Shown in pieces: positions 57,314 through 64,000 of a stretch of DNA of 64,000 nt. Position numbers and translations under genes: made by a program. The first letter of the stretch is position 1, and every line of letters starts with the position of its first letter. The notes beneath the pieces were generated by a model. That model saw only the letters and a list, made by a program, of their open reading frames with translations. It was not told the origin of the DNA and made no database searches. The DNA is from Eledone cirrhosa (lineage: Eukaryota), in contig OZ024741.1 of NCBI GenBank assembly GCA_964016885.1, positions 321,966,001-322,030,000 of the forward strand. Direction: 5' to 3'.

Positions 57314-58668
57314 TACACATATACATACACACATATATATAAATATATGTGTGTGTGTGTATATATATACATACATACACACATACATACACACTCACAC
57401 AAACAGTCCTACCTTGCTATATATGAGGAGCTATTCCCAGATGTCCACTATTGTACAGCCTGTAGAATGTCAGCCATAAATCTTATTATTTATAATAGAT
57501 GTCCACTGCAGATGGCATTCTTTCTCCAGAAGTACAGCTGCATGTTCTACTATATTGTCTGCTGCTTTTGATATGTCTAGCCAGTTCATTCTTGTCTATA
57601 TACATGCATACATATATACAAATATATGTATATACACAAACAGATACACACACACATACTTACATACACACACACATATAAATACATACATATACACACA
57701 AGCATGCATACTTACATCCACACATACATCCACACGCACACATGCAAATATATAAATGGTTGAAGAGGGCTCTTCAGACGAGTCAATGACCAACAACCTT
57801 TCTGAAAAATACACCCAGTACACATACATAGAGATACACATATACACATACATATATACATGCATACATACATAATACTTATATACATAGATACATATCC
57901 TCATCATCAATCTAATGGCCGTTTTTCTTGTTAGTGAGTGATGTCACAGGCTAAGTTTATACTTAATCAAACCTACTGACCTCTCAGATTGGCCAAGGGC
58001 CCTCATCTCACTGGCACTAGAGAGGTTGTCATGTCCTTGACAGAACTGAAAAGACATTTCAACGTTTTGTTTGGCATGGTTTCACCGACTGGATGCCTTC
58101 ACAAACAATAAACACTTTATAGAATATATATATATAATGAAGGAAGTGTGGTAAGGAACCAGGTGGACCATAACGTACCAGAGTACTTGATACTTAGGGT
58201 AGTAGAGTGGGTAATAGGAAATGAGTAAGGATAAACCTGGTCAGACCTGGCTGTCAAAATGGCCGGAGGTCAGCCGTCAGGTTCCTGACTCTTTTCCTAT
58301 ATATATAACAAAATACACCCCCGTCCCACCACCCCCACCCCATCCACCGCCCCTTTCAATGTAAAGTTATGTTGGTGCCACAACATCCAGGCCGAAAAAA
58401 ATGAGATCGTGTAGGTGTCACAACAAAAAACACACAGTCCACGCTGTAATGTGGCCGTGTAGGCAACACGGTAAAAACCTCCTAGCCCCACACTGTAAAT
58501 GTGGTTGGTGTTAGGAAGGGCATCCAGCTGTAGAAAACCCGCCAGACAGTCCTATGCGAGCAAGATAATCACTCTTGCCTCAAGTGGGAAAACCCCCGTC
58601 CAAACCCATGCAAGCGTGGAAGATGGACGTTAAACGTTGATGATGATGATGATATATATATATATATA

Positions 58669-59064
58669 AAGAGTGAGAAATGAAATTTCATTTTTTCCAT
58701 TTATCGTTTTCGGTACGCCCGGCCGACTAACTCACTCGATATGAAAATTAGGCTGCTCAGCCGTTAATATGCATAAGGAAAGTATATACTTTCAAACATT
58801 CAATCAACTGACAGGAAGGTATACGGTGCTGATGACAGCTAATAAGCTAGAAACTAGTTCATCGTTCCTTTGTCAGTGTTGAACAAAATGGCAACGATGG
58901 TACGGCTTAATTCAGGCTGTTTGTTTACAAACAAACCGAGCATTATAATAAATGTTCGGTAAACCCATACGTACATATATATATGTGTGCATGTATGTAT
59001 GTATATACATACTACTGTACGTCTGTATACATATATGTATGTTCGTATACATACTTATATTTAT
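58669..59064 (+). mobile_element. Single ~400-bp unit of a diverged homologue of the 469-bp HHR element, within (TA)n
   Basis: Collinear similarity with the 469-bp unit read in HHR sense: TTTATCGT, ACT.ACTCAC, CATA..AAAG.ATATA, the HHR, CTGT.TGTTTACA.ACA, ATATACATACTA, GTATACATATATG.ATGT. Confidence 0.8.
58823..58865 (+). ncRNA. Type I hammerhead ribozyme
   Basis: ACGGTG-CTGATGA-C-AGCT(AATA)AGCT-A-GAA-AC(TA)GT-T-CATCGT. Stem I is 6 bp. The base of stem II is a C.A mismatch. Confidence 0.78.
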
Positions 59065-60121
59065 ATATATATATGTATCCCAGTACAGAATAGGTACACT
59101 GTATCTTTGCATGTCATAAGAGGTGACTAAAAGGGTTAGTGTCAAGAAGGTCATCTAGATGTAAAACATTGTCTGAAACCATCCTGCTGAAACCCACAGT
59201 ACGGAAGAGTGGAAGTAAAAGCAATGATGTTTATAATGATGATGATCATCATTATTACCATTTAATGTATGTTTTTCATGCTAACATAGGTTGGATGGGT
59301 CATAATACAAAGTCAATATTTAACTGTGAGATTGACCAAGAAAACAATGTTTCCATTGATCTTTCCATTACTGATAGTATTTGCTGGTTGCAACTCCTTA
59401 ACAGTTAAATTAACTGGTACTTTATCTACCAACCCAAAGGATGAAATGCAAAGTTGGCATCAGCATGATTTGAACTCAGAGTGTAGAGAAGCAAAACATA
59501 TACTGAGACATTTAATCCAATGACCTAATGACTGCCAATTCACATCCATACTACAAAACACAGTAATAATAAAATAAAAAGGCATCAGTTGGGAGAACAG
59601 CCTAAGGAAATATAGTTTTTATTGGTTTTTCCATTGCTCATATGATCTGCTTGTCACAACTCATGGCAGAAGAAAGGAGTTGAACATCAGATCAGATCAA
59701 AGAATCAATGTTTCCATTGATTTTTCTATTGTTGATACTATCTGCTGGTTACAACACCTAGCAGAAGAACAGAGCTGAACATCAGATCAGACTAAAGAAA
59801 TAAAGTTTCCATTGGTCTTTACATTCGTCTTACCATTGCTGACACTAGCTGTAGGTCACAACTCCTGGTAGATGAAGCAGCATGAAGCAATAAAATATTT
59901 TTCTCAAGAACAGAATGCACTGCCCAGTCTAGGAATGGTAACCCAGATGGCCTAGACAGGTTGATGGACTTAGGAACATGATTGCCCCAAACTAAACGTA
60001 AAAAAACTTATAACGAAATGCTGAAAATCATAAATAGTAATAATAAAAGATTAAATTTCATTCAACACAGTCACATTTAGATTATAATATATTTGAAATG
60101 AAAAGCTGTTACCTACATGTG

Positions 60122-60180
<59 letters not shown>

Positions 60181-60272
60181 ATATAGATATCTAAATATTT
60201 GTGTGCATGTGTTTGTGTGTGTGTGTGTGTGTAAATATGCATGCATATATGCAAGTATATATATATAAATAT

Positions 60273-60390
60273 GAAGGCGTGTGGCTGAGTGGTTAGAGAA
60301 TTGGATTCGCAATCGTAAGGTTGTGAGTTCGATTCCTGGACCAGGCGATACGTTATGTCCTTGAGCAAGACACTTTATTTCACGTTGCTC
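60273..60390 (+). mobile_element. SINE 5' head
   Basis: GAAGGCGTGTGGCTGAGTGGTTAGAG...GAGTTCGATTCC...GTCCTTGAGCAAGACACTTTATTTCAC. Confidence 0.85.
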
Positions 60391-60593
60391 CTTCTACCTG
60401 GAGTTGCGACCGATAGATAGTATTAGCAATTGGAAAGATCAACGGAAACATTGTTCCCTCGGTCCGATTTGACGAAAGTCGATCGTTCCCTATATATATA
60501 TATAAGCATATGTGTGTATGTATATATATATATCAATTATCACCATCTATAATTACAGATGCACATAAATCTATGTACACACACACACACGCA

Positions 60594-60629
<36 letters not shown>

Positions 60630-62655
60630 TGTGTGTGTGTTTGTACATAAATATGTGTGCATCTGTAATTATAGCCACACTGACTTCAATAAAACACACA
60701 CAATCCCCCCCCCCCACCCATACATACACACACACAGATTTAAAATAAACTTCCTACACCTGAGTCAGGAACTGCATACTGATTATATATTAAACACCCT
60801 CTGACACTATCTATGTTCACCTGAAATTAGACTAATACCAGATTATCTCTTAACACACACACACCTCACATATATTTAGCAAGCTATATTGACTTTTCTG
60901 CTGTATTGCAACTCATTATCACCTTTCTTAACCTTTGTTACACAATACAGCTCACAAAATAATTGTGTCATGAAACACATTCTCTTAAATGATCCAGCCA
61001 AAGATCTACTACAGTGAGATATATTTGTCCTGGGTATGACATTAACCCAGTAGCATTTAAACCGGCTGTATCTGGCCAGAATTCTCTCACCTCTTTCTGT
61101 TCAAACTGGCCGTTCATACTAACATTAAGGTATTGTTCTCAAAATAGATAATATCAAAATCTCATAGATTCGATATTATGTGAGATAATTATGTGAGGTA
61201 AAGCCTTTACAATGAAATTACAATAGTAAATATAGAGTTATGTAAATGCTAATGGGTTAAACTACATCCAGTGGCAAGGCTCCAGTTTGGGAGTTTAGGA
61301 GCTGTGGGGAATGTGGAGTTACCCTTTAGTTGTTATCACTCCCAGGTCTGCTCTGGCCTGGAGCAGTAGTACCTGTTAGGGTCCCATTTATTGGTTAACT
61401 AACTACTTTACTTGAGTGGTGCTGGTAAGGTAGTATCAGCCATTGAAAAGAAAAAGAAATATTTAACCTTTTCTTTGCCATCTTCCACAGTATTGGATTG
61501 GCAGTATAAGTAGAGCACCAGACAAGATGTTTTGCTACATATAGTTACAACCTTTTACGTTCTGAGTTCAAATCCTGTTGAGGTTAGCTTTGCCTTTCCC
61601 AACACACTGGGGTTGATTTAGTCAACTTTGTCCTTCCCTTCAAATTGTTGGCCTTGTACCAAAAGTATAAATAATATTTCTAATGAAAGACACTGCTTGT
61701 AATTTTGAAATTGTTTAGAAAATAATCAAGAATTTACTAATATAACATTATCATTATTTGATGTTAACACATTTTTAATCAAAAGCACTGTTTATGATTT
61801 TTAAATTGTATTGAAAATAACCAAAGATTTCTTGTGATTTAGTAATACAACTGATTTTCTCATTATTAACCTTTTTGTTACTATCTATCTAATGAAAGAC
61901 ACTGTCTGTGTGTCAAATCATTTTCAAAACAATCAAAAATTTTAAGTCATTTAATAATCTGACTAACTTTTGAATTATTTCCTCTGAGCCAGAAGACAAA
62001 AATTCAGCATAAGGTGGTATAAGGGCAGAAGCAAAAGAAGTAGAATCAAAATTATCGTAGAGTTATTGTTGTTAGGCTACCATCAGTTCCGATGAAAAGT
62101 GTTCCAATTGTTTGAAGAACAAAAAGCTAATTTTCCAAACTGAGTGGAACATTTGATGCTTTGAGCAAAATATATATATTAAATTCAAAGCTACTGAGTA
62201 GCAACATTTCAAAGCTAATGAGTGACAACATTTCAAAGCTACTGAGTGCTAACATTTCATATATAATGTAATGTAACTATATTTATTAAGTAAATCTATA
62301 TTTGGTTTCACTGTGAATATACAATCTGTGAATAAACAAACTACAGGAGTTATGACAGCTGATAGTGAGGTTCATTTGATTAGTTTTGTCTAGTGAAGGC
62401 TCATCATTCACATCACCTTTGTACACCTATATGTATGTTTGTATGTATTTATGTCTATGAATACATATGTATATGTGTGGATACGTATGTGTTGAGCAGA
62501 TCATATATCATGTTGAGGTTTATATATATATATATATATATATACTGAGTGTCCCCTAAAAATGTATACACACTTCAACAGCATTCTAATAAATATTGCC
62601 TGCACAGATAATCAAACTGTGTATACATTTTGTTGTGACACCCTGTATGTATATG

Positions 62656-62686
<31 letters not shown>

Positions 62687-62693
62687 GCACTTA

Positions 62694-62734
<41 letters not shown>

Positions 62735-62889
62735 CATACACACCCATGCACATGCTCAGAGATACAAACACACATGCCTATATACATATATAGGGCAACA
62801 TAGTGCACTATATATACATTGACATGCATTCATTGAACATGATAGACAATGACAGCGGAAGTTGGAGACACATATATACTGACATGGAC

Positions 62890-62977
62890 GTATACACACA
62901 CACACACACACACATATATGTGAACATATATATATATATGTGTATATATACACACACATACACACACATATATGTGA

Positions 62978-63010
<33 letters not shown>

Positions 63011-63120
63011 CATACACACATATATGTGTGTATATATATATATACATATATGTGTGTATATATATACATACATGTATACATACATACACATATATATACA
63101 TATACATATACACATATATG

Positions 63121-63151
<31 letters not shown>

Positions 63152-63329
63152 GTGTGTATATATATACATATATGTATACATACATACATACACATATATA
63201 TACATATACATATACACATATGTGTGTGTATATATATATATATACATATATGTATACATACATACATACACATATGTATACATACATACATACATACACA
63301 TATATACATATATATATACATATACACAT

Positions 63330-63361
<32 letters not shown>

Positions 63362-63480
63362 GTATACATACATACATACACATATATATATACATATACA
63401 CATATATGTGTGTATATATATATACATATATGTATACATACATACATACACATATATACATATATATATACATACACACA

Positions 63481-63514
<34 letters not shown>

Positions 63515-63569
63515 CATATATGTATACATACATAAATACACACATATATATACATATATATATACCTAT

Positions 63570-63605
<36 letters not shown>
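62890..63605. repeat. Compound TA/CA/TG microsatellite
   Basis: Directly visible. Confidence 0.92.
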
Positions 63606-63606
<1 letters not shown>

Positions 63607-64000
63607 CTGTTGATGTCATCAGCCTTTCTAAATCTCTCGCTCTCTGCCCCCCCCCCCCCCCCCCTCCCCCTCTCTACTGATATCACCTGTCTGTTACCAC
63701 TAATCTCGTTATTTTAACATGTCAGCAACGATGATGGCCGACTAATTGATTTAATGTTCAATTGTAGAATTGAATTCATTCAACAAGCTTCCTTCCAATT
63801 TTTGCTGCAGTGTGTGTATACATGCATGTGTGTGTGTATACATGCATGTGTGTGTGTATATACATGCATGTGTGAGAGTGTGTGAGTGCGTGTGTGCTAT
63901 ACCTGTATAAAAACACTACTAGGTGAAGGTGCATGATTTACTGGTGTGTGTGTGCATGTATGTGCGTTTATGTGCACATGTGTGTCTATATGTGTGCATG

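Overview
AT-rich, microsatellite-saturated eukaryotic non-coding DNA. The repeat content (tRNA-derived SINEs with RTE-type (ATG)n tails, RTE LINE debris, kilobase (TA)n(CA) tracts) suggests a cephalopod, probably an octopus; this is inference. I can support no host protein-coding gene. The long Y/I/H/C/M/V ORFs are microsatellite translations. Recognisable content: a decayed Tx1/L1-clade LINE (ORF1 with CCHC knuckle, ORF2 APE+RT, minus strand, 43.36-48.18 kb), three further Tx1 3' fragments, many RTE fragments, two or more SINE families, and Tc1/mariner, hAT and piggyBac-type MITEs. Main finding: the near-perfect 469-bp tandem array at 4784-13267 (about 18 units, with a strand switch at 7787/7788) carries one complete type I hammerhead ribozyme (HHR) motif per unit, which is the layout of a retrozyme / Penelope-dependent self-cleaving (circular) RNA element. 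A diverged homologue at 58.67-59.06 kb shows compensatory base pairing and circular permutation. Six more HHR-bearing loci of other sequence families lie in or beside (TA)n tracts. Four HHR-family loci share the same diverging inverted-repeat geometry. No autonomous Penelope ORF is present in the window.
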